Source: Eledone cirrhosa
Lineage: Eukaryota
NCBI GenBank assembly: GCA_964016885.1
Contig: OZ024748.1
Location: 36,952,001 to 37,016,000 of the forward strand
DNA: 64,000 nucleotides
Reading direction: 5' to 3'
In this document: positions 29,301 to 43,500 of the stretch, one piece after another
Layout of the letters: each line of letters begins with the position of its first letter
Position numbering within the stretch: the first letter of the stretch is position 1
Program-made: the position numbers and the translations under genes
Notes under the pieces: model-generated
Seen by the model: the letters and a program-made list of their open reading frames with translations, nothing else
Database searches by the model: none
What the model was told of the DNA's origin: nothing

Positions 29301-30719
29301 AACTCCCACTGTCACTGCCTCTGTCTCGCCCACTCTCTCACATTACACCAGTTCCCAACACAGAGGAACCAAACTCCCACTGTCACTGCATCTGTCTCTC
29401 CCACTCTCTCATATTACACCAGGTCCCAACACAGAGGGACCAAACTCCCACTGTCACTGCCTCTCTCTCTCCCACTCTCTCATATTACACCAGGTCCCAA
29501 CACAGAGGAACCAAACTCCCTCTGTCACTGCCTCTGTCTCTCCCACTCTCTCATATTACACCAGGTCCTAACACAGAGGTACTAAACTCCCACTGTCACT
29601 GCCTCTGTCTCTCCCACTCTCTCATATTACAACAAATCCCAACACAGAGGAACCAAACTCCCACTGTCACTGCCTCTGTCTCGCCCACTCTCTCATATTA
29701 CACCAGGTCCTAACACAGAGGAACCAAACCCCCACTGTCACTGCCTCTCTCTCTCCCACTCTCTCATATTACACCAGGTCCTAACACAGAGGAACCAAAC
29801 ACCCACTGTCACTGCCTCTCTCTCTCCCACTCTCTCATATTACACCAGGTCCTAACACAGAGGAACCGAACTCCCACTGTCACTGCCTCCGTCTCTCACA
29901 CTCTCTCATACTAAACCAGGTCCAACACAGAGGAACCAAACTCCCACTGTCACTGCCTCTGTCTCTCCCACTCTCTCATATACACCAGGTCTGAACACAG
30001 AGGTACGAGACCCCCACTGTCACTGCCTCTGTCTCTTCCACTCTCTCATTTTACACCAGGTCCCAACACAGAGGTACCAAACTCCCACTGTCACTGCCTC
30101 TGTCTCTCCCACTCTCTCATATTACAACAAATCGCAACACAGAGGAACCAAACTCCCACTGTCACTGCCTCTGTCTCTCCCACTCTCTCATATTACACCA
30201 GGTCCCAACACAGAGGAACCAAACTCCCACTGTCACTGCCTCTGTCTCTCCCACTCTCTCATATTACACCAGGTCCCAACACAGAGGAACCAAACTCCCA
30301 CTGTCACTGCCTCTGTCTCTCCCACTCTCTCATGTTACACCAGGTCCCAACACAGAGGAACCAAACTCCACTGTCACTGCCTCTGTCTCTCCCACTCTCT
30401 CATATTAGACCAGGTCCTAACACAGAGGAACCAAACTCCCACTGTCACTGCCTCTGTCTCTCCCACTCTCTCACATTACACCAGTTCCCAACACAGAGGA
30501 ACCAAACTCCCACTGTCACTGCCTCTGTCTCTTCCACTCTTTCATATTACACCAGGTCCCAACACAGAGGTACCAAACTCCCACTGTCACTGCCTCTGTC
30601 TCTCCCACTCTCTCATATTACAACAAATCCCAACACAGAGGAACCAAACTCCCACTGTCACTGCCTCTGTCTCTCCCACTCTCTCATATTAGACTAGGTC
30701 CTAACACAGAGGAACCAAA

Positions 30720-33270
30720 CTCCCACTGTCACTGCCTCTGTCTCTCCCACTCTCTCACATTACACCAGTTCCCAACACAGAGGAACCAAACTCCCACTGT
30801 CACTGCCTCTGTCTCTCCGACACTCTCATATTACACCAGGTCCTAACACAGAGGAACCAAACTCCCACTGTCAGTGCCTCCGTCTCTCCCACTCTCTCAT
30901 ACTAAACCAGGTCCAACACAGAGGAACCAAACTCCTACTGTCACTGCCTCTGTCTCTCCCACTCTCTCATATACACCACGTCCGAACACAGAGGTATGAA
31001 ACCCCCACTGTCACTGCCTCTGTCTCTCCCACTCTCTCATATTACACCAGGTCCTAACACAGAGGAACCAAACTCCCACTGTCACTGCCTCTGTCTCTCC
31101 CACTCTCTCATATTACACCAGGTCCCAACACAGAGGAACCAAACTCCCACTGTCACTGCCTCTGTCTCTCCCATTCTCTCACATTACACCAGTTCCCAAC
31201 ACAGAGGAACCAAACTCCCACTGTCACTGCCTCTGTCTCTTCCACTCTCTCATATTACACCAGGTCCTAACACAGAGGAACCAAACTCCCACTGTCACTG
31301 CCTCTGTCTCTCCCACTCTCTCATATTACACCAGGTCCCAACACAGAGGAACCAAACTCCCACTGTCACTGCCTCTGTCTCTCCCACTCTCTCATATTAC
31401 ACCAGTTCCCAACACAGAGGAACCAAACTCCCACTGTCACTGCCTCTGTCTCTCCCACTCTCTCATATTACACCAGGTCCCAACACAGAGGTACCAAACT
31501 CCCACTGTCACTGCCTCTGTCTCTCCCACTCTCTCATATTACAACAAATCCCAACACAGAGGAACCAAACTCCCACTGTCACTGCCTCTGTCTCTCCCAC
31601 TCTCTCATATTACACCAGGTCCCAACACAGAGGAACCAAACTCCCACTGTCACTGCCTCTGTCTCTCCCATTCTCTCACATTACACCAGTTCCCAACACA
31701 GAGGAACCAAACTCCCACTGTCACTGCCTCTGTCTCTCCCACTCTCTCATATTAGACTAGGTCATAACACAGAGGAACCAAACTCCCACTGTCACTGCCT
31801 CCGTCTCTCCCACTCTCTCATACTAAACCAGGTCCAACACAGAGGAACCAAACTCCCACTGTCACTGCCTCTGTCTCTCCCACTCTCTCATATACACCAG
31901 GTCTGAACACAGAGGTACGAGACCCCCACTGTCACTGCCTCTGTCTCTTCCACTCTCTCATTTTACACCAGGTCCTAACACAGAGGAACCAAACTCCCAC
32001 TGTCACTGCCTCTGTCTCTCCCACTCTCTCACATTACACCAGTTCCCAACACAGAGGAACCAAACTCCCACTGTCACTGCCTCTGTCTCTCCGACACTCT
32101 CATATTACACCAGGTCCTAACACAGAGGAACCAAACTCCCACTGTCAGTGCCTCCGTCTCTCCCACTCTCTCATACTAAACCAGGTCCAACACAGAGGAA
32201 CCAAACTCCTACTGTCACTGCCTCTGTCTCTCCCACTCTCTCATATACACCACGTCCGAACACAGAGGTATGAAACCCCCACTGTCACTGCCTCTGTCTC
32301 TCCCACTCTCTCATATTACACCAGGTCCTAACACAGAGGAACCAAACTCCCACTGTCACTGCCTCTGTCTCTCCCACTCTCTCATATTACACCAGGTCCC
32401 AACACAGAGGAACCAAACTCCCACTGTCACTGCCTCTGTCTCTCCCATTCTCTCACATTACACCAGTTCCCAACACAGAGGAACCAAACTCCCACTGTCA
32501 CTGCCTCTGTCTCTTCCACTCTCTCATATTACACCAGGTCCTAACACAGAGGAACCAAACTCCCACTGTCACTGCCTCTGTCTCTCCCACTCTCTCATAT
32601 TACACCAGGTCCCAACACAGAGGAACCAAACTCCCACTGTCACTGCCTCTGTCTCTCCCACTCTCTCATATTACACCAGTTCCCAACACAGAGGAACCAA
32701 ACTCCCACTGTCACTGCCTCTGTCTCTCCCACTCTCTCATATTACACCAGGTCCCAACACAGAGGTACCAAACTCCCACTGTCACTGCCTCTGTCTCTCC
32801 CACTCTCTCATATTTCAACAAATCCCAACACAGAGGAACCAAACTCCCACTGTCACTGCCTCTGTCTCTCCCACTCTCTCATATTACACCAGGTCCCAAC
32901 ACAGAGGAACCAAACTCCCACTGTCACTGCCTCTGTCTCTCCCATTCTCTCACATTACACCAGTTCCCAACACAGAGGAACCAAACTCCCACTGTCACTG
33001 CCTCTGTCTCTCCCACTCTCTCATATTAGACTAGGTCATAACACAGAGGAACCAAACTCCCACTGTCACTGCCTCCGTCTCTCCCACTCTCTCATACTAA
33101 ACCAGGTCCAACACAGAGGAACCAAACTCCCACTGTCACTGCCTCTGTCTCTCCCACTCTCTCATATACACCAGGTCTGAACACAGAGGTACGAGACCCC
33201 CACTGTCACTGCCTCTGTCTCTTCCACTCTCTCATTTTACACCAGGTCCTAACACAGAGGAACCAAACTC
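30720..33270 (+). repeat. 1274-bp (18-monomer) tandem duplication in the B/C transition zone
   Basis: The 254-aa pseudo-ORFs at 30996 and 32270 (+1274) differ by one residue (ATATTACAAC vs ATATTTCAAC). They share markers CCCATTCTC and GGTCATAAC. Confidence 0.9.
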
Positions 33271-33340
33271 CCACTGTCACTGCCTCTGTCTCTCCCACTC
33301 TCTCATATTACACCAGGTCCCAACACAGAGGAACCAAACT

Positions 33341-33388
33341 CCCACTGTCACTGCCTCTGTCTCTCCCACTGTCACTGCCTCTGTCTCT
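33341..33388 (+). repeat. 24-bp intramonomer tandem duplication giving a 95-bp monomer
   Basis: CCCACTGTCACTGCCTCTGTCTCT occurs at 33341-33364 and again at 33365-33388, followed by the normal CCCACTCTCTC. Confidence 0.95.
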
Positions 33389-33399
33389 CCCACTCTCTC

Positions 33400-36300
33400 A
33401 TATTACACCAGGTCCCAACACAGAGGAACCAAACTCCCATTGTCACTGCCTCTGTCTCTCCCACTCTCTCATGTTACACCAGGTACCAACACAGAGGAAC
33501 CAAACTCCACTGTCACTGCCTCTGTCTCTCCCACTCTCTCATATTAGACCAGGTCCTAACACAGAGGAACCAAACTCCCACTGTCACTGCCTCTGTCTCT
33601 CCCACTCTCTCACATTACACCAGTTCCCAACACAGAGGAACCAAACTCCCACTGTCACTGCCTCTGTCTCTCCCACTCTCTCATATTACACCAGGTCCCA
33701 ACACAGAGGTACCAAACTCCCACTGTCACTGCCTCTGTCTCTCCCACTCTCTCATATTACAACAAATCCCAACACAGAGGAACCAAACTCCCACTGTCAC
33801 TGCCTCTGTCTCTCCCACTCTCTCACATTACACCAGTTCCCAACACAGAGGAACCAAACTCCCACTGTCACTGCCTCTGTCTCTCCCACTCTCTCATATT
33901 ACACCAGGTCCTAACACAGAGGAACCAAACCCCCACTGTCACTGCCTCTCTCTCTCCCACTCTCTCATATTACACCAGGTCCTAACACAGAGGAACCAAA
34001 CACCCACTGTCACTGCCTCTCTCTCTCCCACTCTCTCATATTACACCAGGTCCTAACACAGAGGAACCGAACTCCCACTGTCACTGCCTCCGTCTCTCAC
34101 ACTCTCTCATACTAAACCAGGTCCAACACAGAGGAACCAAACTCCCACTGTCACTGCCTCTGTCTCTCCCACTCTCTCATATACACCAGGTCTGAACACA
34201 GAGGTACGAGACCCCCACTGTCACTGCCTCTGTCTCTTCCACTCTCTCATTTTACACCAGGTCCCAACACAGAGGTACCAAACTCCCACTGTCACTGCCT
34301 CTGTCTCTCCCACTCTCTCATATTACACCAGGTCCCAACACAGAGGAACCAAACTCCCACTGTCACTGCCTCTGTCTCTCCCACTCTCTCATATTACACC
34401 AGGTCCCAACACAGAGGAACCAAACTCCCACTGTCACTGCCTCTGTCTCTCCCACTCTCTCATGTTACACCAGGTCCCAACACAGAGGAACCAAACTCCA
34501 CTGTCACTGCCTCTGTCTCTCCCACTCTCTCATATTAGACCAGGTCCTAACACAGAGGAACCAAACTCCCACTGTCACTGCCTCTGTCTCTCCCACTCTC
34601 TCACATTACACCAGTTCCCAACACAGAGGAACCAAACTCCCACTGTCACTGCCTCTGTCTCTTCCACTCTTTCATATTACACCAGGTCCCAACACAGAGG
34701 TACCAAACTCCCACTGTCACTGCCTCTGTCTCTCCCACGCTCTCATATTACAACAAATCCCAACACAGAGGAACCAAACTCCCACTGTCACTGCCTCTGT
34801 CTCTCCCACTCTCTCATATTAGACTAGGTCCTAACACAGAGGAACCAAACTCCCACTCTCACTGCCTCTGTCTCTCCCACTCTCTCACATTACACCAGTT
34901 CCCAACACAGAGGAACCAAACTCCCACTGTCACTGCCTCTGTCTCTCCGACACTCTCATATTACACCAGGTCCTAACACAGAGGTACCAAACTCCCACTG
35001 TCAGTGCCTCCATCTCTCCCACTCTCTCATACTAAACCAGGTCCAACACAGAGGAACCAAACTCCTACTGTCACTGCCTCTGTCTCTCCCACTCTCTCAT
35101 ATACACCACGTCCGAACACAGAGGTATGAAACCCCCACTGTCACTGCCTCTGTCTCTCCCACTCTCTCATATTACACCAGGTCCTAACACAGAGGAACCA
35201 AACTCCCACTGTCACTGCCTCTGTCTCTCCCACTCTCTCATATTACACCAGGTCCTAACACAGAGGAACCAAACTCCCACTGTCACTGCCTCTGTCTCTC
35301 CCACTCTCTCATATTACACCAGGTCCCAACACAGAGGAACCAAACTCCCACTGTCACTGTCTCTGTCTCTCCCACTCTCTCATATTACACCAGGTCCCAA
35401 CACAGAGGAACCAAACTCCCACTGTCACTGCCTCTGTCTCCCCCACTCTCTCATATTACACCAGGTCCCAACACAGAGGAACCAAACTCCCACTGTCACT
35501 ATCCTCTGTCTCTCCCACTCTCTCATAATACACCAGGTCCTAACACAGAGGAACCAAACCCCCACTGTCACTGCCTCTCTCTCTCCCACTCTCTCACATT
35601 ACACCAGTTCCCAACACAGAGGAACCAAACTGCCACTGTCGCTCCCTCTGTCTCTCCCACTCTCTCATATTACACCATGTCCTAACACAGAGGAACCAAA
35701 CTCCCACCGTCACTCCCTCTGTCTCTCCCACTCTCTCATATTACACCATGTCCCAACACAGAGGGACCAAACTCGCACTGTCACTGCCTCTCTCTCTCCC
35801 ACTCTCTCATATTAAACCAGGTCCCAACACAGAGGACCCGAACTCCCACTGTCATTGCCTCTGTCTCTCCCACTCTCTCATATTACACCAGGCCCTAACA
35901 CAGAGGAACCAAACTCACACTGTGACTGCCTCTGTCTCTCCTACTCTCTCATATTACACCAGGTCCTAACACAGAGGAACCAAACTCCCACTGTCACTGC
36001 CTCCGTCTCTCCCACTCTCTCATACTAAACCAGGTCCAACACAGAGGAACTAAACTCCCACTGTCACTGCCTCTCTCTCTACCACTCACTCATATTAGAC
36101 CAGGTCCTAACACAGAGGAACCAAACTCCCACTGTGACTGCCTCTGTCTCTCCCACTCTCTCACATTACACCAGTTCCCAACACAGAGGAACCAAACTCC
36201 CACTGTCACTGCCTCTGTCTCTCCCACACTCTCATATGACACCAGGTCCTAACACAGAGGTACCAAACTCCCACTGTCACTGCCTCCGTCTCTCCCACTC

Positions 36301-38860
36301 TCTCATACTAAACCAGGTCCAATACAGAGGAACCAAACTCCTACTGTCACTGCCTCTGTCTCTCCCACTCTCTCATATACACCAGGTCTGAACACAGAGG
36401 TACGAGACCCCCACTGTCACTGCCTCTGTCTCTTCCACTCTCTCATTTTACACCAGGTCCTAACACAGAGGAACCAAACTCCCACTGTCACTGCCTCTGT
36501 CTCTCCCACTCTCTCATATTACACCAGGTCCCAACACAGAGGAACCAAACTCCCACTGTCACTGCCTCTGTCTCTCCCACTCTCTCATATTACACCAGGT
36601 CCCAACACAGAGGAACCAAACTCCCATTGTCACTGCCTCTGTCTCTCCCACTCTCTCATGTTACACCAGGTCCCAACACAGAGGAACCAAACTCCACTGT
36701 CACTGCCTCTGTCTCTCCCACTCTCTCATATTAGACCAGGTCCTAACACAGAGGAACCAAACTCCCACTGTCACTGCCTCTGTCTCTCCCACTCTCTCAC
36801 ATTACACCAGTTCCCAACACAGAGGAACCAAACTCCCACTGTCACTGCCTCTGTCTCTCCCACTCTCTCATATTACACCAGGTCCCAACACAGAGGTACC
36901 AAACTCCCACTGTCACTGCCTCTGTCTCTCCCACTCTCTCATATTACAACAAATCCCAACACAGAGGAACCAAACTCCCACTGTCACTGCCTCTGTCTCT
37001 CCCACTCTCTCACATTACACCAATTCCCAACACAGAGGAACCAAACTCCCACTGTCACTGCCTCTGTCTCTCCCACTCTCTCATATTACACCAGGTCCTA
37101 ACACAGAGGAACCAAACCCCCACTGTCACTGCCTCTCTCTCTCCCACTCTCTCATATTACACCAGGTCCTAACACAGAGGAACCAAACACCCACTGTCAC
37201 TGCCTCTCTCTCTCCCACTCTCTCATATTACACCAGGTCCTAACACAGAGGAACCGAACTCCCACTGTCACTGCCTCCGTCTCTCACACTCTCTCATACT
37301 AAACCAGGTCCAACACAGAGGAACCAAACTCCCACTGTCACTGCCTCTGTCTCTCCCACTCTCTCATATACACCAGGTCTGAACACAGAGGTACGAGACC
37401 CCCACTGTCACTGCCTCTGTCTCTTCCACTCTCTCATTTTACACCAGGTCCCAACACAGAGGAACCAAACTCCCACTGTCACTGCCTCTGTCTCTCCCAC
37501 TCTCTCATATTACACCAGGTCCCAACACAGAGGAACCAAACTCCCACTGTCACTTCCTCTGACTCTCCCACTCTCTCATGTTACACCAGGTCCCAACACA
37601 GAGGAACCAAACTCCACTGTCACTGCCTCTGTCTCTCCCACTCTCTCATATTAGACCAGGTCCTAACACAGAGGAACCAAACTCCCACTGTCACTGCCTC
37701 TGTCTCTCCCACTCTCTCACATTACACCAGTTCCCAACACAGAGGAACCAAACTCCCACTGTCACTGCCTCTGTCTCTTCCACTCTTTCATATTACACCA
37801 GGTCCCAACACAGAGGTACCAAACTCCCACTGTCACTGCCTCTGTCTCTCCCACGCTCTCATATTACAACAAATCCCAACACAGAGGAACCAAACTCCCA
37901 CTGTCACTGCCTCTGTCTCTCCCACTCTCTCATATTAGACTAGGTCCTAACACAGAGGAACCAAACTCCCACTCTCACTGCCTCTGTCTCTCCCACTCTC
38001 TCACATTACACCAGTTCCCAACACAGAGGAACCAAACTCCCACTGTCACTGCCTCTGTCTCTCCGACACTCTCATATTACACCAGGTCCTAACACAGAGG
38101 TACCAAACTCCCACTGTCAGTGCCTCCATCTCTCCCACTCTCTCATACTAAACCAGGTCCAACACAGAGGAACCAAACTCCTACTGTCACTGCCTCTGTC
38201 TCTCCCACTCTCTCATATACACCACGTCCGAACACAGAGGTATGAAACCCCCACTGTCACTGCCTCTGTCTCTCCCACTCTCTCATATTACACCAGGTCC
38301 TAACACAGAGGAACCAAACTCCCACTGTCACTGCCTCTGTCTCTCCCACTCTCTCATATTACACCAGGTCCTAACACAGAGGAACCAAACTCCCACTGTC
38401 ACTGCCTCTGTCTCTCCCACTCTCTCATATTACACCAGGTCCCAACACAGAGGAACCAAACTCCCACTGTCACTGTCTCTGTCTCTCCCACTCTCTCATA
38501 TTACACCAGGTCCCAACACAGAGGAACCAAACTCCCACTGTCACTGCCTCTGTCTCCCCCACTCTCTCATATTACACCAGGTCCCAACACAGAGGAACCA
38601 AACTCCCACTGTCACTATCCTCTGTCTCTCCCACTCTCTCATAATACACCAGGTCCTAACACAGAGGAACCAAACCCCCACTGTCACTGCCTCTCTCTCT
38701 CCCACTCTCTCACATTACACCAGTTCCCAACACAGAGGAACCAAACTGCCACTGTCGCTCCCTCTGTCTCTCCCACTCTCTCATATTACACCATGTCCTA
38801 ACACAGAGGAACCAAACTCCCACCGTCACTCCCTCTGTCTCTCCCACTCTCTCATATTAC
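33400..38860 (+). repeat. ~3.1-kb (44-45 monomer) internal duplication overlapping the start of the domain C HOR
   Basis: ORF offsets 34462/37578 and 35126/38242 are +3116. Offset 33471/36658 is +3187, one monomer longer. Confidence 0.85.
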
Positions 38861-39859
38861 ACCATGTCCTAACACAGAGGAACCAAACTCCCACTGTCAC
38901 TGCCTCTGTCTCTCCCACTCTCTCATATTACACCATGTCCCAACACAGAGGGACCAAACTCGCACTGTCACTGCCTCTGTCTCTCCCACTCTCTCATATT
39001 ACATCAGGTCCTAACACAGAGGAACCAAACTCCCACTGTCACTGCCTCTGTCTCTCCCACTCTCTCATATTACACCAGTTCCCAACACAGAGGAACCAAA
39101 CTCCCACTGTCACTGTCTCTGTCTCTCCCACTCTCTCATATTACACCAGGTCCCAACACAGAGGAACCAAACTCCCACTGTCACTGCCTCTGTCTCTCCC
39201 ACTCTCTCATATTACACCAGGTCCCAACACAGAGGAACCAAACTCCCACTGTCACTATCCTCTGTCTCTCCCACTCTCTCATATTACACCATGTCCCAAC
39301 ACAGAGGGACCAAACTCGCACTGTCACTGCCTCTCTCTCTCCCACTCTCTCATATTAAACCAGGTCCCAACACAGAGGACCCGAACTCCCACTGTCATTG
39401 CCTCTGTCTCTCCCACTCTCTCATATTACACCAGGCCCTAACACAGAGGAACCAAACTCACACTGTGACTGCCTCTGTCTCTCCCACTCTCTCACATTAC
39501 ACCAGTTCCCAACACAGAGGAACCAAACTCTCACTGTCACTGCCTCTCTCTCTCCCACTCTCTCATATTACACCAGGTCCTAACACAGAGGAACCAAACT
39601 CCCACTGTCACTGCCTCCGTCTCTCCCACTCTCTCATACTAAACCAGGTCCAACACAGAGGAACTAAACTCCCACTGTCACTGCCTCTCTCTCTACCACT
39701 CTCTCATATTAGACCAGGTCCTAACACAGAGGAACCAAACTCCCACTGTGACTGCCTCTGTCTCTCCCACTCTCTCACATTACACCAGTTCCCAACACAG
39801 AGGAACCAAACTCCCACTGTCACTGCCTCTGTCTCTCCCACACTCTCATATGACACCAG

Positions 39860-40500
39860 GTCCTAACACAGAGGTACCAAACTCCCACTGTCACTGCCTC
39901 CGTCTCTCCCACTCTCTCATACTAAACCAGGTCCAATACAGAGGAACCAAACTCCTACTGTCACTGCCTCTGTCTCTCCCACTCTCTCATATACACCAGG
40001 TCCAAACACAGAGGTACGAAACCCCCACTGTCACTGCCTCTGTGTCTCCCACTCTCTCATATTACACCAGGTCCTAACACAGAGGAACCAAACTCCCACT
40101 GTCACTGCCTCCGTCTCTCCCACTCTCTCATACTAAACCAGGTCCAACACAGAGGAACCAAACTCCTACTGTCACTGCCTCTGTCTCTCCCACTCTCTCA
40201 TATACACAAGGTCCGAACACAGAGGTACGAAACCCCCACTGTCACTGCCTCTGTCTCTCCCACTCTCTCATATTACACCAGGTCCTAACACAGAGGAACC
40301 AAACTCCCACTGTCACTGCCTCCGTCTCTCCCACTCTCTCATACTAAACCAGGTCCAACACAGAGGAACCAAACTCCTACTGTCACTGCCTCTGTCTCTC
40401 CCACTCTCTCATATACACCAGGTTCGAACACAGCAGTATGAAACCCCTACTGTCACTGCCTCTGTCTCTCCCACTCTCTCAAATTAGACCAGGTCATAAC
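39860..40500 (+). repeat. 211-bp trimer module (70+70+71 bp) repeated three times; also at ~810-1300, ~5555-6045, ~11150-11640, ~48365-49000, ~55945-56580, ~58420-59120 and ~61745-62380
   Basis: AACACAG..GTA(C/T)GAAACCCC monomers start at 40005, 40216 and 40427, and at 951 and 1162 (period 211). Confidence 0.9.
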
Positions 40501-43500
40501 ACAGAGGAACCAAACTCCCACTGTCACTGCCCCTGTCTCTCTTACTCTCTCATATTACACCAGGTCCCAACACAGAGGGACCAAACTCCCACTGTCACTG
40601 CCCCTGTCTCTCTTACTCTCTCATATTACACCAGGTCCCAACACAGAGGAACCAAACTCCCACTGTCACTGCCTCTGTCTCTCCCACTCTCTCATACTAC
40701 ACCAGGTCCTAACACAGAGGAACCAAACCCCCACTGTCACTGCCTCTCTCTCTCCCACTCTCTCATATTACACCAGGTCCTAACACAGAGGAACCAAACC
40801 CCCACTGTCACTGCCCCTCTCTCTCCCACTCTCTCATATTACACCAGGTCCTAACACAGAGGAACCAAACTCCCACTGTCACTGCCTCCGTCTCTCTCAC
40901 TCTCTCATACTAAACCAGGTCCAACACAGAGGAACCAAACTCCCACTGTCACTGCCTCTGTCTCTCCTACTCTCTCATATACACCAGGTCCGAACATAGA
41001 GGTACGAGACCCCCACTGTCACTGCCTCTGTCTCTCCCACTCACTCATATTACACCAGGTCCTAACACAGAGAAACCAAACTCCCACTGTCACTGCCTCT
41101 GTCTCTCCCACTCTCTCATATTACACCAGGTCCCAACACAGAGGAACCAAACTCCCACTGTCACTGCCTCTGTCTCTCCCATTCTCTCACATTACACCAG
41201 TTCCCAACACAGAGGAACCAAACTCCCACTGTCACTGCCTCTGTCTCTCCCACTCTCTCATATTAGACTAGGTCATAACACAGAGGAACCAAACTCCCAC
41301 TGTCACTGCCTCCGTCTCTCCCACTCTCTCATACTAAACCAGGTCCAACACAGAGGAACCAAACTCCCACTGTCACTGCCTCTGTCTCTCCCACTCTCTC
41401 ATATTACACCAGATCCCAACACAGAGGAACCAAACTCCCACTGTCACTGCCTCTGTCTCCCCCACTCTCTCATATTACACCAGGTCCCAACACAGAGGAA
41501 CCAAACTCCCACTGTCACTATCCTCTGTCTCTCCCACTCTCTCATAATACACCAGGTCCTAACACAGAGGAACCAAACCCCCACTGTCACTGCCTCTCTC
41601 TCTCCCACTCTCTCACATTACACCAGTTCCCAACACAGAGGAACCAAACTGCCACTGTCGCTCCCTCTGTCTCTCCCACTCTCTCATATTACACCATGTC
41701 CTAACACAGAGGAACCAAACTCCCACCGTCACTCCCTCTGTCTCTCCCACTCTCTCATATTACACCATGTCCCAACACAGAGGGACCAAACTCGCACTGT
41801 CACTGCCTCTCTCTCTCCCACTCTCTCATATTAAACCAGGTCCCAACACAGAGGACCCGAACTCCCACTGTCATTGCCTCTGTCTCTCCCACTCTCTCAT
41901 ATTACACCAGGCCCTAACACAGAGGAACCAAACTCACACTGTGACTGCCTCTGTCTCTCCCACTCTCTCACATTACACCAGTTCCCAACACAGAGGAACC
42001 AAACTCTCACTGTCACTGCCTCTCTCTCTCCCACTCTCTCATATTACACCAGGTCCTAACACAGAGGAACCAAACTCCCACTGTCACTGCCTCCGTCTCT
42101 CCCACTCTCTCATACTAAACCAGGTCCAACACAGAGGAACTAAACTCCCACTGTCACTGCCTCTCTCTCTACCACTCACTCATATTAGACCAGGTCCTAA
42201 CACAGAGGAACCAAACTCCCACTGTGACTGCCTCTGTCTCTCCCACTCTCTCACATTACACCAGTTCCCAACACAGAGGAACCAAACTCCCACTGTCACT
42301 GCCTCTGTCTCTCCCACGCTCTCATATTACAACAAATCCCAACACAGAGGAACCAAACTCCCACTGTCACTGCCTCTGTCTCTCCCACTCTCTCATATTA
42401 GACTAGGTCCTAACACAGAGGAACCAAACTCCCACTCTCACTGCCTCTGTCTCTCCCACTCTCTCACATTACACCAGTTCCCAACACAGAGGAACCAAAC
42501 TCCCACTGTCACTGCCTCTGTCTCTCCGACACTCTCATATTACACCAGGTCCTAACACAGAGGTACCAAACTCCCACTGTCAGTGCCTCCATCTCTCCCA
42601 CTCTCTCATACTAAACCAGGTCCAACACAGAGGAACCAAACTCCTACTGTCACTGCCTCTGTCTCTCCCACTCTCTCATATACACCACGTCCGAACACAG
42701 AGGTATGAAACCCCCACTGTCACTGCCTCTGTCTCTCCCACTCTCTCATATTACACCAGGTCCTAACACAGAGGAACCAAACTCCCACTGTCACTGCCTC
42801 TGTCTCTCCCACTCTCTCATATTACACCAGGTCCTAACACAGAGGAACCAAACTCCCACTGTCACTGCCTCTGTCTCTCCCACTCTCTCATATTACACCA
42901 GGTCCCAACACAGAGGAACCAAACTCCCACTGTCACTGTCTCTGTCTCTCCCACTCTCTCATATTACACCAGGTCCCAACACAGAGGAACCAAACTCCCA
43001 CTGTCACTGCCTCTGTCTCCCCCACTCTCTCATATTACACCAGGTCCCAACACAGAGGAACCAAACTCCCACTGTCACTATCCTCTGTCTCTCCCACTCT
43101 CTCATAATACACCAGGTCCTAACACAGAGGAACCAAACCCCCACTGTCACTGCCTCTCTCTCTCCCACTCTCTCACATTACACCAGTTCCCAACACAGAG
43201 GAACCAAACTGCCACTGTCGCTCCCTCTGTCTCTCCCACTCTCTCATATTACACCATGTCCTAACACAGAGGAACCAAACTCCCACCGTCACTCCCTCTG
43301 TCTCTCCCACTCTCTCATATTACACCATGTCCCAACACAGAGGGACCAAACTCGCACTGTCACTGCCTCTCTCTCTCCCACTCTCTCATATTAAACCAGG
43401 TCCCAACACAGAGGACCCGAACTCCCACTGTCATTGCCTCTGTCTCTCCCACTCTCTCATATTACACCAGGCCCTAACACAGAGGAACCAAACTCACACT

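Noticed and set aside
40418-40435. Plus-strand tRNA T-loop/box B (CCAGGTTCGAACAC) or an intact tRNA gene
   Set aside because: It is a rare variant with no pairing T-stem and no upstream box A on this strand. No cloverleaf folds on either strand, so no tRNA feature is called.
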